DNA of 64,000 nt from an uncultured Chloroflexia bacterium (lineage in GTDB: Bacteria > Chloroflexota > Limnocylindria > Limnocylindrales > CSP1-4), in assembly GCA_963749705.1 (NCBI GenBank), contig CAVVNQ010000004.1, positions 1 through 64,000 of the forward strand, in the 5' to 3' direction. Made by a program: the position numbers and the translations under genes. Of this stretch, positions 28,753 to 37,675 are shown in pieces. Numbering within the stretch: the first letter of the stretch is position 1; each line of letters starts with the position of its first letter. Under the pieces are notes generated by a model that saw only the letters and a program-made list of their open reading frames with translations, did not search any database and was not told the DNA's origin.

Positions 28753-29991
28753 ATGGCCGACGAGCGGACGCCCCCGTCCGACGGGCGTCGGGGCACGAGA
28801 TCGAGGCGCCGACCGCGAAGCGGCCTGATGGCAAGGCCGGCGACGACGGACCGGCTGTCGGGGGACGCCGGGACGGACCAGGAGGTCCCGGGCACCGACG
28901 CCGCGACGCCCGAAGGCCGTCCGATCCGCCCCTGGGAGGTCGGCAGCAGCGCCCCGTCGGGCGGCGACGCCTCGTCACGCGGCAATGCGCCGCGCGAACG
29001 GCGCCGCCGGACCGTCGCATCGCTGCTCGCGGACGTGCCCGACGATGCCGTCATCGTCGCCCGGCGGCTGACCAAGATGTACGGCGAGTTCACGGCCGTC
29101 GACTCGCTCGACCTCACGATCCGGGCCGGTGAGGTGTTCGGGCTGCTGGGGCCCAACGGCGCGGGCAAGACGACGACCGTCCTGATGCTGCTCGGGCTCA
29201 CCGATCCGACCCGGGGCGTGGTGCGCGTCGTGGGCCTCGACCCCACCCGCGAGCCGCTGGCGGTCAAGCGCACCGTGGGCTACCTGCCCGACAACGTGGG
29301 CTTCTACGGCGCGATGACCGGCCGCGAGAACCTGCGCTACACCGCGAAGCTCAACGGCCTGCCGCGCCGGGATGCCGAGGCCCGGATCGACGAGCTGCTG
29401 GGCGAGGTGCGCCTCCACGATGCCGCCGATCACAAGACCGAGACGTACTCCCGCGGGATGCGCCAGCGGCTGGGCATCGCCGACGCGCTCGTCAAGCGGC
29501 CGTCGGTGCTGATCCTCGACGAACCCACCATCGCGATCGACCCCGCCGGCGTCGAGGAGCTGCTCGCGCTGCTCCGGCGCCTGGTCGCGGAGCACAACCT
29601 CACGGTGCTCCTGTCGTCCCACATCCTCGGCCAGGTCCAGTCCCTGTGCGACCGCGTCGGCTTCTTCGCCGCCGGCAGGCTGGTCGCCGCCGGGCCGCTC
29701 GACGAGCTCGCCCGGGGTGGCGACCGGCTGGTCGAGCTCGAGGTCGGGGTTGACGGTGATCCGGCGACGATCGACCCGGTGGCCATGAAGATCCCGGGCG
29801 TGATGTCCGTCGCACCGCACGAGCGCAGCGAGCGCCTCCGGGTGGTGACCGCCTCGTCCGACGTCGCGGCGCCGCTGGCCACGGCGCTCGCCGACGCCGG
29901 GGTATCGCTCGTCCACCTGCGGCTCCGCGGGTCCGACCTGCTGGAGCTGTACCGCCGCTACGTCCCGGAGGGTCTCGATGGCGTCCGCTGA
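28753..29991 (+). CDS. ABC transporter ATP-binding protein
   Basis: GPNGAGKTT, YSRGMRQR, ILDEP. Confidence 0.92.
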   Translation: MADERTPPSDGRRGTRSRRRPRSGLMARPATTDRLSGDAGTDQEVPGTDAATPEGRPIRPWEVGSSAPSGGDASSRGNAPRERRRRTVASLLADVPDDAVIVARRLTKMYGEFTAVDSLDLTIRAGEVFGLLGPNGAGKTTTVLMLLGLTDPTRGVVRVVGLDPTREPLAVKRTVGYLPDNVGFYGAMTGRENLRYTAKLNGLPRRDAEARIDELLGEVRLHDAADHKTETYSRGMRQRLGIADALVKRPSVLILDEPTIAIDPAGVEELLALLRRLVAEHNLTVLLSSHILGQVQSLCDRVGFFAAGRLVAAGPLDELARGGDRLVELEVGVDGDPATIDPVAMKIPGVMSVAPHERSERLRVVTASSDVAAPLATALADAGVSLVHLRLRGSDLLELYRRYVPEGLDGVR

Positions 29992-31003
29992 CACCCCGCA
30001 CCCCGTGTCGACCCGGGCAACCCGGCGAGCGGAGCGAGCCCCGTCGGGCGGCTGGCGCACCATCGCCGCCAAGGAGTTCACCGACCACGTCGAGAGCATC
30101 CGGTTCATCGTGCTGCTCCTGGTCATCGGGGCCGCAGCCGTGATCCCGCTGTACTTCATCTCGACCGAGATCACCGCATCGGCGCCCAAGATCTCCGGCC
30201 AGCCGGCCGTGTTCCTCGCCCTGTTCGTGGTCGGGTCGAAGTCCGTCGGGGGCATGACCACGGTCGCGTTCGCGGCCCTGCTGGTGCCGCTGGTGGGGAT
30301 CGCGTTCGGGTTCGACGGGATCAACAGCGAGCGCACCCAGGGGACGCTGTCGCGGCTGCTCGCCCAGCCGATCCACCGTGACGACGTCGTCAACGGCAAG
30401 TTCGCGGCGGGGATCGCCGTGATCGCGGTCATGCTGGGCGTCCTGATCGTGCTCATCTCGGCGATCGGCATCGTCCGGCTGGGTATCATCCCGGCGCCCG
30501 AGGAGGTGGCCCGGGTCGTGGGCTGGTGGCTGGCGACGATCCTGTATGCGTCGTTCTGGCTGGCCTTCGCGCTGCTGCTGTCGGTCGTGATCCGCGGCGC
30601 GGCGTCCGCGGCGCTGGTCGGGTTCGGGACCTGGCTGGGGCTGATCCTGTTCGGTCAGTTCCTGCTCCCGCTGGCTGCCGATGCGCTGTTCCCGATCAAC
30701 ACGTCCGGGACCATCAACGACGCGTTCGCATCGAACTCCGCCCAGCAGCTGTTCCTGCGGATCTCGCCCGCGACGCTGTACCAGGACATCGTCACGGCGG
30801 TCATGAACCCGTCGACCAAGAGCGTGCTCGGCCTGGGCAACCTGGGTCAGTACCAGAGCGCGCAGGAGCAGCTGCCGAGCCTGCTGTCGCTGGACCAGAG
30901 CATCCTGATCGTGTGGCCGCAGATCGTCGTGCTCGTCGCGCTCACGGTCGCGATGTTCGCCCTCGCCTACGTCCTGTTCCTGCGCCAGGAGGTCCGCGCG
31001 TAG
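29978..31003 (+). CDS. ABC-2 type permease
   Basis: GFDGINSERTQGTLSRLLAQPIHRD; multiple TMs. Confidence 0.9.
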   Translation: MASADTPHPVSTRATRRAERAPSGGWRTIAAKEFTDHVESIRFIVLLLVIGAAAVIPLYFISTEITASAPKISGQPAVFLALFVVGSKSVGGMTTVAFAALLVPLVGIAFGFDGINSERTQGTLSRLLAQPIHRDDVVNGKFAAGIAVIAVMLGVLIVLISAIGIVRLGIIPAPEEVARVVGWWLATILYASFWLAFALLLSVVIRGAASAALVGFGTWLGLILFGQFLLPLAADALFPINTSGTINDAFASNSAQQLFLRISPATLYQDIVTAVMNPSTKSVLGLGNLGQYQSAQEQLPSLLSLDQSILIVWPQIVVLVALTVAMFALAYVLFLRQEVRA

Positions 31004-31192
31004 CGGTCACGCCGCCGCGGCCGTCAGCGCGCCGGCCGGCGTATCCGCTGGCGGACCCTCCGGCGGATCGACCGGCCGCCGGATCGGCCGCGGATCGGGC
31101 GGCGCATGTCACCGAGCCGTCATCGCCACGTGCGAGAGTGGGTCGATCAGACCGGCGATCCACCAACCCCTACCGGTGACCAGGCCAACGCG

Positions 31193-32770
31193 ATGACACA
31201 ACCGAACCCGAACCCTGACAGCCAGCCCCGCCGCCGTCCCGAAGCGGGAGGGCTGCGCGCGGCGATCGCCGGCATCGTGGCGGCGGCCGTCGCGCTGGGC
31301 GTGGGTGAGCTCGGCGCCGGGATCCTGGTCGGCGCGCCGTCGCCGGTGGCAGCCGTCGGGTCGGTGATCATCGACCTCGCCCCGCCCGGCTCCAAGGACC
31401 TCATGGTCTCGCTGTTCGGAACCAACGACAAGATCGCGCTGATCATCATGATCGCGGTCGCGGTCCTTGCCGTGGGAGCCGGGGTCGGCATCCTCGCGCG
31501 GCGTTCGACCAGTGCCGCGAACGCGGTCATCCTGGGCGTCGTCGTGGTCGGGTTCGTCGCCTCGCTCCAGGATCCGACCGCGTCCCTGCCGCTCGTCCTG
31601 GTGGTCGCCGCGGTGCAGGCCGTCGCGGCCGTCCAGGCGCTGTCCATCCTGCTGAGCGCCGCCGAGATCGGCCACGTGACCTCGAGCGTGCCGCGCCTGG
31701 ACGACGGGCGCCGCGGGTTCCTCGTCCGCGCCGGCGTGCTGGGCGGCCTGGCGATCGCGGGCGGCGGCGTCGGCCGGTACCTGCTGGAGCGGCGCGCGAC
31801 CGAGGTGACCGTCGCCGGCGACACCATCCCCGACGCCGTCGATCCCGCGCCGTCACCACCACCGGATGCCTCGTTCGCCGTCGCGGGGATCACCCCCGTC
31901 GTGATGCCCAACGGCCGTTTCTATCGCATCGACACTGCATTGATCACACCGGCGATTGACGTCGAAGGCTGGCAGCTCAGGGTCCACGGCATGGTCGATC
32001 GCGAGGTCACGTTGACCTTCGCCGAGCTCGTGCAGCTGCCCCTGATCGAGCGCTACGTCACCATCGCCTGCGTCAGCAACCAGGTCGGCGGCGATCTCGT
32101 GGGCAACGCGAAATGGACGGGCGTTCGGTTGATGGACGTGCTCGACATGGCCGGCATCCAGCCCGGGGCGACGCAGATCGTGCCGCGTTCCGTCGACGGC
32201 TGGACGGCCGGGTTCCCCACGACGTGGATCACGGACACCCCGCGTGACGCGATGATCGCGGTCAAGATGAACGACGCCCCGCTGCCGGCGGAGCACGGCT
32301 TCCCCGCCCGGCTCATCGTCCCCGGCCTGTACGGGTACGTGTCCGCCACCAAGTGGCTGAGCGACATCGAGCTCACGACGCTCGAGGCGTTCGACGCCTA
32401 CTGGGTTCCCCGCGGCTGGGCGAAGGAGGCGCCGATCCTGACGCAGTCCCGGATCGACGTTCCGCAGCACGGGGCCCGGTTGAGCCCGGGTGCCGTCGCC
32501 ATCGCCGGCGTCGCATGGGCGCCCGATCGAGGGATCTCGAAGGTCGAGGTATCGATCGATGGTGGCGACTGGCAGGCGGCCACGCTTGCGACGGAGCTGA
32601 GCGCGTCGACCTGGGTCCAGTGGAAGCTCGCCTGGCAGGCGACCGCCGGGGACCACACGCTGGAGGTCCGCGCGACCGACGGGACCGGCGCCGTGCAGAC
32701 CGCGGAGCGGACTCGGCCGGATCCGGATGGCGCCCGCGGCCATCACCAGGTCTCGGTGTCCGTGTCCTGA
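31193..32770 (+). CDS. membrane-bound sulfite-oxidase-family molybdoenzyme
   Basis: N-terminal TMs, FYRIDTAL, CVSN, HGFPARLIVPGLYGYVSATKW. Confidence 0.9.
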   Translation: MTQPNPNPDSQPRRRPEAGGLRAAIAGIVAAAVALGVGELGAGILVGAPSPVAAVGSVIIDLAPPGSKDLMVSLFGTNDKIALIIMIAVAVLAVGAGVGILARRSTSAANAVILGVVVVGFVASLQDPTASLPLVLVVAAVQAVAAVQALSILLSAAEIGHVTSSVPRLDDGRRGFLVRAGVLGGLAIAGGGVGRYLLERRATEVTVAGDTIPDAVDPAPSPPPDASFAVAGITPVVMPNGRFYRIDTALITPAIDVEGWQLRVHGMVDREVTLTFAELVQLPLIERYVTIACVSNQVGGDLVGNAKWTGVRLMDVLDMAGIQPGATQIVPRSVDGWTAGFPTTWITDTPRDAMIAVKMNDAPLPAEHGFPARLIVPGLYGYVSATKWLSDIELTTLEAFDAYWVPRGWAKEAPILTQSRIDVPQHGARLSPGAVAIAGVAWAPDRGISKVEVSIDGGDWQAATLATELSASTWVQWKLAWQATAGDHTLEVRATDGTGAVQTAERTRPDPDGARGHHQVSVSVS

Positions 32771-32893
32771 CCCGCCTGCGCGACGCAGCGGCCGTGCCTG
32801 GCCGCGGCGCCCGCCACGGGGCCACCATCCGTGCACTTCCGGTACGCTCTCCTCCCGGCGTCCCGCCGCTCCCCCACGCAGCAACCGATCCGG

Positions 32894-33457
32894 ATGACCA
32901 GACACCGCTACCTGTTCGACACCCCAGACCGCTTCATCGCCGGCACCGTCGGCGAGCCGGGCAATCGCGTGTTCTTCCTCCAGGCCCGCGACGGCGCCCG
33001 GATCGTCTCGGTCGCGCTCGAGAAGGTCCAGGTTGCCGCGCTCGCCCAGCGTCTCGACGAGCTGCTCGATGAGCTCGAGCGCAGGGGGATCGAGGGCGCG
33101 GCCGAGGACGACACCCTGACCGGCGATCCCGGGCCGCTGGACGAGCCGATCAACGAGGCGTTCCGGGTCGGAACCCTGACGCTCGGCTGGGATACCGGCG
33201 ACGACCTGGTCCTGGTCGAGGCGCTGGAGCTTGTCGATGTCGATGACGAGGACGCCGCGGAGGACCTCGCCGATGACGACGACGAGGAAGGACCCGATGT
33301 CCTGCGCATCCGCGTCACGCCGCTCGCCGCGCGCGAGTTCGTGGCCCGTGCGGTCCGTGTCCTCGCGTCCGGGCGGCCACCGTGCCCCCTGTGCGGCGAG
33401 CCGCTGGATCCCCAGGGCCACCTGTGTCCGCGTCGGAACGGGCACCGGCTGAACTGA
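32894..33457 (+). CDS. DUF3090 family protein
   Basis: GTVGEPGNRVFFLQA, LEKVQV, GRPPCPLCG...HLCPRRNGH. Confidence 0.9.
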   Translation: MTRHRYLFDTPDRFIAGTVGEPGNRVFFLQARDGARIVSVALEKVQVAALAQRLDELLDELERRGIEGAAEDDTLTGDPGPLDEPINEAFRVGTLTLGWDTGDDLVLVEALELVDVDDEDAAEDLADDDDEEGPDVLRIRVTPLAAREFVARAVRVLASGRPPCPLCGEPLDPQGHLCPRRNGHRLN

Positions 33458-33474
33458 GCGCGGGGAGCGGTCCA

Positions 33475-34335
33475 GTGGACGATCGCGACCGGGAGCAGGC
33501 GGGCGCACGGGACGCCGAGGTGGACGAGCCGTCCCCGGCAGACCTTGACGAGGAGGCGCAGGAGATCGGCGCGCTCGACCTCCCGATGCCGGTCCTGGAC
33601 ACCGACGACGCGCTCGACCTCCTGCGCAACGGCGATCTCGAGATCGTCGGCCGGCTGTACGCCTCGAGCAACAATGCCCTGCTCTGCCTGGCGACCCGGC
33701 GGGACACGGGCGGTGGCGCGGACGCCGCCGCCGAGCTCGTCGCGACGTGCATCTACAAGCCGGTCGCCGGCGAGCGTCCGCTCGACGACTTCCCCGATCG
33801 AACGCTGTCGCGGCGCGAGGTTGCGGCGTTCGTCGCGTCGCAGGCCACCCCGTGGAACGTGGTGCCGCCGACGGTGCTGCGCGACGGGCCGTTCGGCGTG
33901 GGGATGGTCCAGCTGTGGATCCAGGTCGACGAGTCGGTCGACCCGGTGGGCCTGGTGGTCGATTCGGACACGCGCCTGCGGCGGATCGCGGTGTTCGATG
34001 CCGCGCTCAACAACACCGATCGCAAGGCCGGGCACCTGCTCCCGGTCACCGGCGGCCACGTGTACGGCGTCGATCACGGGGTCACGTTCTCGCCCGTGCC
34101 CAAGCTGCGGACGGTCCTCTGGAACTGGCGCGGCGAGCCGTTCGCACCCGACGAGGTCGACGTGCTGCGGTCGCTGCGGTCGGATCTCGATGGCGCGCTC
34201 GGGGTGACCCTGCGGGAGCTGCTCGACCCGATCGAGGTCAACGCGACCGCGCGCCGCATCGACCGGCTGCTCGCCGCCGGCGTGTTCCCGCAACCCGAGC
34301 CCGGACGCCCGGCCCTTCCCTGGCCGCCGGTCTGA
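33475..34335 (+). CDS. SCO1664 family (PI3/4-kinase-like) protein
   Basis: YKPVAGERPL, REVAA, NNTDRKAGH, DHG, LRTVLW, PWPP. Confidence 0.9.
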   Translation: MDDRDREQAGARDAEVDEPSPADLDEEAQEIGALDLPMPVLDTDDALDLLRNGDLEIVGRLYASSNNALLCLATRRDTGGGADAAAELVATCIYKPVAGERPLDDFPDRTLSRREVAAFVASQATPWNVVPPTVLRDGPFGVGMVQLWIQVDESVDPVGLVVDSDTRLRRIAVFDAALNNTDRKAGHLLPVTGGHVYGVDHGVTFSPVPKLRTVLWNWRGEPFAPDEVDVLRSLRSDLDGALGVTLRELLDPIEVNATARRIDRLLAAGVFPQPEPGRPALPWPPV

Positions 34336-34352
34336 CCGCGACGGCCCGGTCG

Positions 34353-34748
34353 TCAGGGTTCCCGGTCCACCGGTAGCCCGTCGCTCGCATCGGCGACCTC
34401 GCCGATCAGCGCCAGCTGGTCCGCATCGGGTCGCCGCGCCGTGGCCGGGTGGTCAGCATCGCGCGCTCGACGCGATCGCCCGTCGGACGGCGACATCCGC
34501 CGCCGCGTCTCGACCTCGACCCGCGCCCCGTCGGACTCCAGCGCCGGGTGCTCGACGAGCGCCACGACGCGGCTGGCCATGAACCGTCCCGTGCGGACCG
34601 GTGTCCCGCCGCGGGTGACCTCGGTGACCTCCACCACGCCGCGCGCGGTCGTGACCTCGAGCCGGCGCCCGTTGCGCGACGCGAGGATCTCGAACGTCTG
34701 GGTCCCGTGCCCGGTGTCGACCACGATCTCGACTCGATCGCCCTTCAT
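34353..34748 (-). CDS. hypothetical protein
   Basis: Globular-looking MKGDRVEIVVD...; TATCGT 6 nt upstream of ATG. Confidence 0.7.
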   Translation of the reverse strand: MKGDRVEIVVDTGHGTQTFEILASRNGRRLEVTTARGVVEVTEVTRGGTPVRTGRFMASRVVALVEHPALESDGARVEVETRRRMSPSDGRSRRARDADHPATARRPDADQLALIGEVADASDGLPVDREP

Positions 34749-34782
34749 GGCGGCACGATACCCCGGGTCGATGACGCGCCGC

Positions 34783-35730
34783 TCATCGGGCCGAGCCTGA
34801 CCGCTCGGCGTTGCGCTCCCGGGCCTCGCGCGCCTGCTGCGCCAGCTGGCGGAGCTGCGCCCGATAGCGCTCCGCCGCCGGGCTGCTCAGCACGTCCTCG
34901 ACCGGCACGCCCAGCACCCGCCGGATGCGCGCCTGGGCCGCCGTCCAGCGAGCCCGGAACGGCTCCCGGTCGGCTTCAGCGAGGAACTCCCAGCCCACGC
35001 CGGCCTGCAGCGCGGCGGTGCGCATATGGCTGCTGGAATGCGCGGACTCGACCTCGGACAGGTAGGCGTCGAACTCGTCGGGATCGTTGCCGTAGCCGGG
35101 CTCCCGGTCCGGGCCCGTCTCCGCCGGCCGGTTCACACGCTCCGCCTGCTGCTCGACGTGGCGATACTCGTGGAGGAGCGTCGCGTGGAGCTGCTCGAGC
35201 GCGCCGGGCCGGCCCGGGCCGAGGATCCGCGGGCTCACCTTGAAGCGCGGGTTCGGCAGCCGTCGTGACGGATCATCCGGATCGGCGAACGAGGCCCGGA
35301 ACGACGCCACGGCTCCCATCGCGCCGACGTCCCCGATCTCCCACAGGTCGCCCGCCCCCGACGTCCGGAGGAGCTTCGGATCGAGCTCCCCGCGAGCCGT
35401 CATCGCCGCCACGGCCACGCGCAGCGCCTCGGCCTGGTTGCCGGCCTCCACCTGGCGTGCGAACTCGGCCGCCGTGTCCGCCGGCAGCGGCGACGACTCG
35501 GCGGCGGGTCGGCTGTAGATGTCGAGCCGCTGCACCGTGGGCGTGGGCGCAACCCAGCTCGCCGTGGCGCGGTTGCCGGCCAGCCGCTGAAATGCCAGGA
35601 CCTGGGCGGCGGCGGGGCCGAATGCGCGCGCCAGCAGCTCCGGCGGTGCGGCGGCCCGGTCCGCCGGCAACCGCTGGCCGCCTGCCAGCGGGCCGATCGG
35701 GGGGCGCTTCGGTATCCGATCTGCGACCAA
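34783..35730 (-). CDS. HExxH metallopeptidase-like protein with eCIS/DUF4157-type N-terminal motif
   Basis: GAGGG RBS before TTG 35730; FQRLAGNRA...VQR; LLHEYRHVEQQ...DEFDAY. Confidence 0.65.
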   Translation of the reverse strand: MVADRIPKRPPIGPLAGGQRLPADRAAAPPELLARAFGPAAAQVLAFQRLAGNRATASWVAPTPTVQRLDIYSRPAAESSPLPADTAAEFARQVEAGNQAEALRVAVAAMTARGELDPKLLRTSGAGDLWEIGDVGAMGAVASFRASFADPDDPSRRLPNPRFKVSPRILGPGRPGALEQLHATLLHEYRHVEQQAERVNRPAETGPDREPGYGNDPDEFDAYLSEVESAHSSSHMRTAALQAGVGWEFLAEADREPFRARWTAAQARIRRVLGVPVEDVLSSPAAERYRAQLRQLAQQAREARERNAERSGSAR

Positions 35731-35976
35731 TGACCAACCCTCGGAACGTGCCGTGGACAAAGGATCGCGCGGCGCACGGGGCTCCGGCGGTCCGTTCGGG
35801 CAACGGCGGGGGCGAACGGGCTGCCCGAACGGGTGGCTGGGCCTGCGCGCGCTGAGGGCTCCCCTCGGCAACGCGTGCCTCGCCGCCGGACGGATCTTCG
35901 CCGCGATGCGGGCGCGTCCTCGGGGCCCACGCGCGGACGGCCGATGCGACCGCCCTCGTTGGGGCAGGATGGACGG

Positions 35977-37578
35977 GTGAGACGCTGGAACGGCTGGGGC
36001 GACGATGGCGACGACACGGAGCTGGGCCGCGGCGCGCGCCGGTTGCTCGAGCAGCGGCTCGGACCCGCGACGCCGCCGGTCGATGCCGTCCTCGAGGACG
36101 TGGTTGCCGCGGTCCCCGCCTCGAGGCTGAGCGCATATCCGGCCCTGTCGGACGATCCGGAGCTGCGCGTGCGGCGGGCGCGCGGCCAGTCGTTCCCGGA
36201 CCTCGTCGCGCTCCGGTCGGGTCGCATCGACGCAGTTCCCGACGCGGTCGCGCGCCCGATCGACGACACCCAGGTTCGCGAGCTGATCGACCACGCGCGG
36301 AGCGTCGGCGCGCGACTCGTGCCGTACGGCGGCGGCACCAGCGTCGTGGGCGGCGTGTCCGTCCGGGCGCTGCCAGATCCGGTGATCACCGTGGACCTGG
36401 GCCGGCTCGCCGGCGTCCGGTCGGTCGACGAGCGCAGCGGCCTGGTCACGGCGGGCAGCGGGACGACCGGCCCGGCGCTCGCGACCACGCTGGCGGGCGT
36501 CGGACTGACCGTGGGCCACGAGCCGCAGTCCTGGGAGCTGGCGACGGTCGGGGGCTGGGTCGCGGCGCGCGGGTCCGGGCTGCGGAGCATGGGCGTCGGG
36601 CGGATCGAACAGCTGTACGCCGGCGGGCGGCTCCAGGCGCCGGCCGGTACGCTCGACATGGCCCCGTACCCGGGCTCGGCGGCCGGGCCGGACGTGCGCC
36701 AGCTGGTGCTGGGGTCGGAGGGCCGGCTGGGGATCCTGACCGACGTGATCCTGCGCACGACGCCGCTGCCCGAGGTCGACCTGCTGGAGGCCTGGGCCCT
36801 GCCCGGCTGGGCGGCGGCGCACGAGGCGGTGCGTGCGGTCGCCCAGGCGCGACCGGGCCTGTCGCTGCTGCGACTGTCGACGCCCGCCGAGACGCAGACG
36901 CTGCTGGCCTTCGCGGAACGCCCGATGCAGACGACGGCGCTCGGCGCATACCTTCGTGCGCGGCGCCAGCCTGCCGACTGGGCCCTGGTGCTGCTGGGTG
37001 CCTCCGGTCGACGGCGCGTGGCTCGCGCGGCGCGTGCCGAGGCCGTGTCGATCCTGCGCGGGTTCCACGCGGTCCGGGTTCCCGGTCTGGCCGCGACCTG
37101 GTCCAGGACCCGCTTCCGCTCACCGTACCTGCGCAACGCGCTGTGGTCGGCCGGCTACGGCTCGGACACGCTCGAGACCGCGACCGACTGGACGCACGTC
37201 CCATCGCTGCTCGCCGGCCTCGAGGCGGCCGTCGCAGGGGCACTCGCGCCGCGCGGCGAGCGCGTCCACCTGTTCACGCACCTGTCGCACCTGTACCCGT
37301 CAGGGTCGAGCCTGTACCTGACGTACCTGTTCCGCCTGGGGCCGGATCCGGACGAGACGCTCGACCGGTGGCAGGCCATCAAGCGCGCGGCCTCGGAGGC
37401 GATCGTCGCCGAGGGCGCGACGATCAGCCATCACCACGGGATCGGGACGGACCATGCGCCGTACCTGTCGTCGGAGAAGGGGCCGCTCGGGATGGCGGCG
37501 CTGGAGTCGATCGTGCGGACGTTCGATCCCGACGGGCTGATGAACCCCGGCGTGCTGCTCGTGGACGGACGTCGGTGA
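35977..37578 (+). CDS. FAD-binding oxidoreductase (alkyl-DHAP synthase family)
   Basis: RRWNGWG, PYGGGTSVVGG, GHEPQSWE, GSEGRLG, ISHHHGIG. Confidence 0.88.
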   Translation: MRRWNGWGDDGDDTELGRGARRLLEQRLGPATPPVDAVLEDVVAAVPASRLSAYPALSDDPELRVRRARGQSFPDLVALRSGRIDAVPDAVARPIDDTQVRELIDHARSVGARLVPYGGGTSVVGGVSVRALPDPVITVDLGRLAGVRSVDERSGLVTAGSGTTGPALATTLAGVGLTVGHEPQSWELATVGGWVAARGSGLRSMGVGRIEQLYAGGRLQAPAGTLDMAPYPGSAAGPDVRQLVLGSEGRLGILTDVILRTTPLPEVDLLEAWALPGWAAAHEAVRAVAQARPGLSLLRLSTPAETQTLLAFAERPMQTTALGAYLRARRQPADWALVLLGASGRRRVARAARAEAVSILRGFHAVRVPGLAATWSRTRFRSPYLRNALWSAGYGSDTLETATDWTHVPSLLAGLEAAVAGALAPRGERVHLFTHLSHLYPSGSSLYLTYLFRLGPDPDETLDRWQAIKRAASEAIVAEGATISHHHGIGTDHAPYLSSEKGPLGMAALESIVRTFDPDGLMNPGVLLVDGRR

Positions 37579-37675
37579 CGACGAGGCCGCGACACGGTCG
37601 CCGACGGGGCCGCGTGACCGCGCCGACGGGGCCCCATGATCGCCGACGGCGCCGCATCACGGCGGCGGGGACCCG

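Noticed and set aside
31004-31110. CGGATCG repeats and GC hairpins after the ABC permease
   Set aside because: Short and irregular; compatible with chance or a simple terminator at this GC content.
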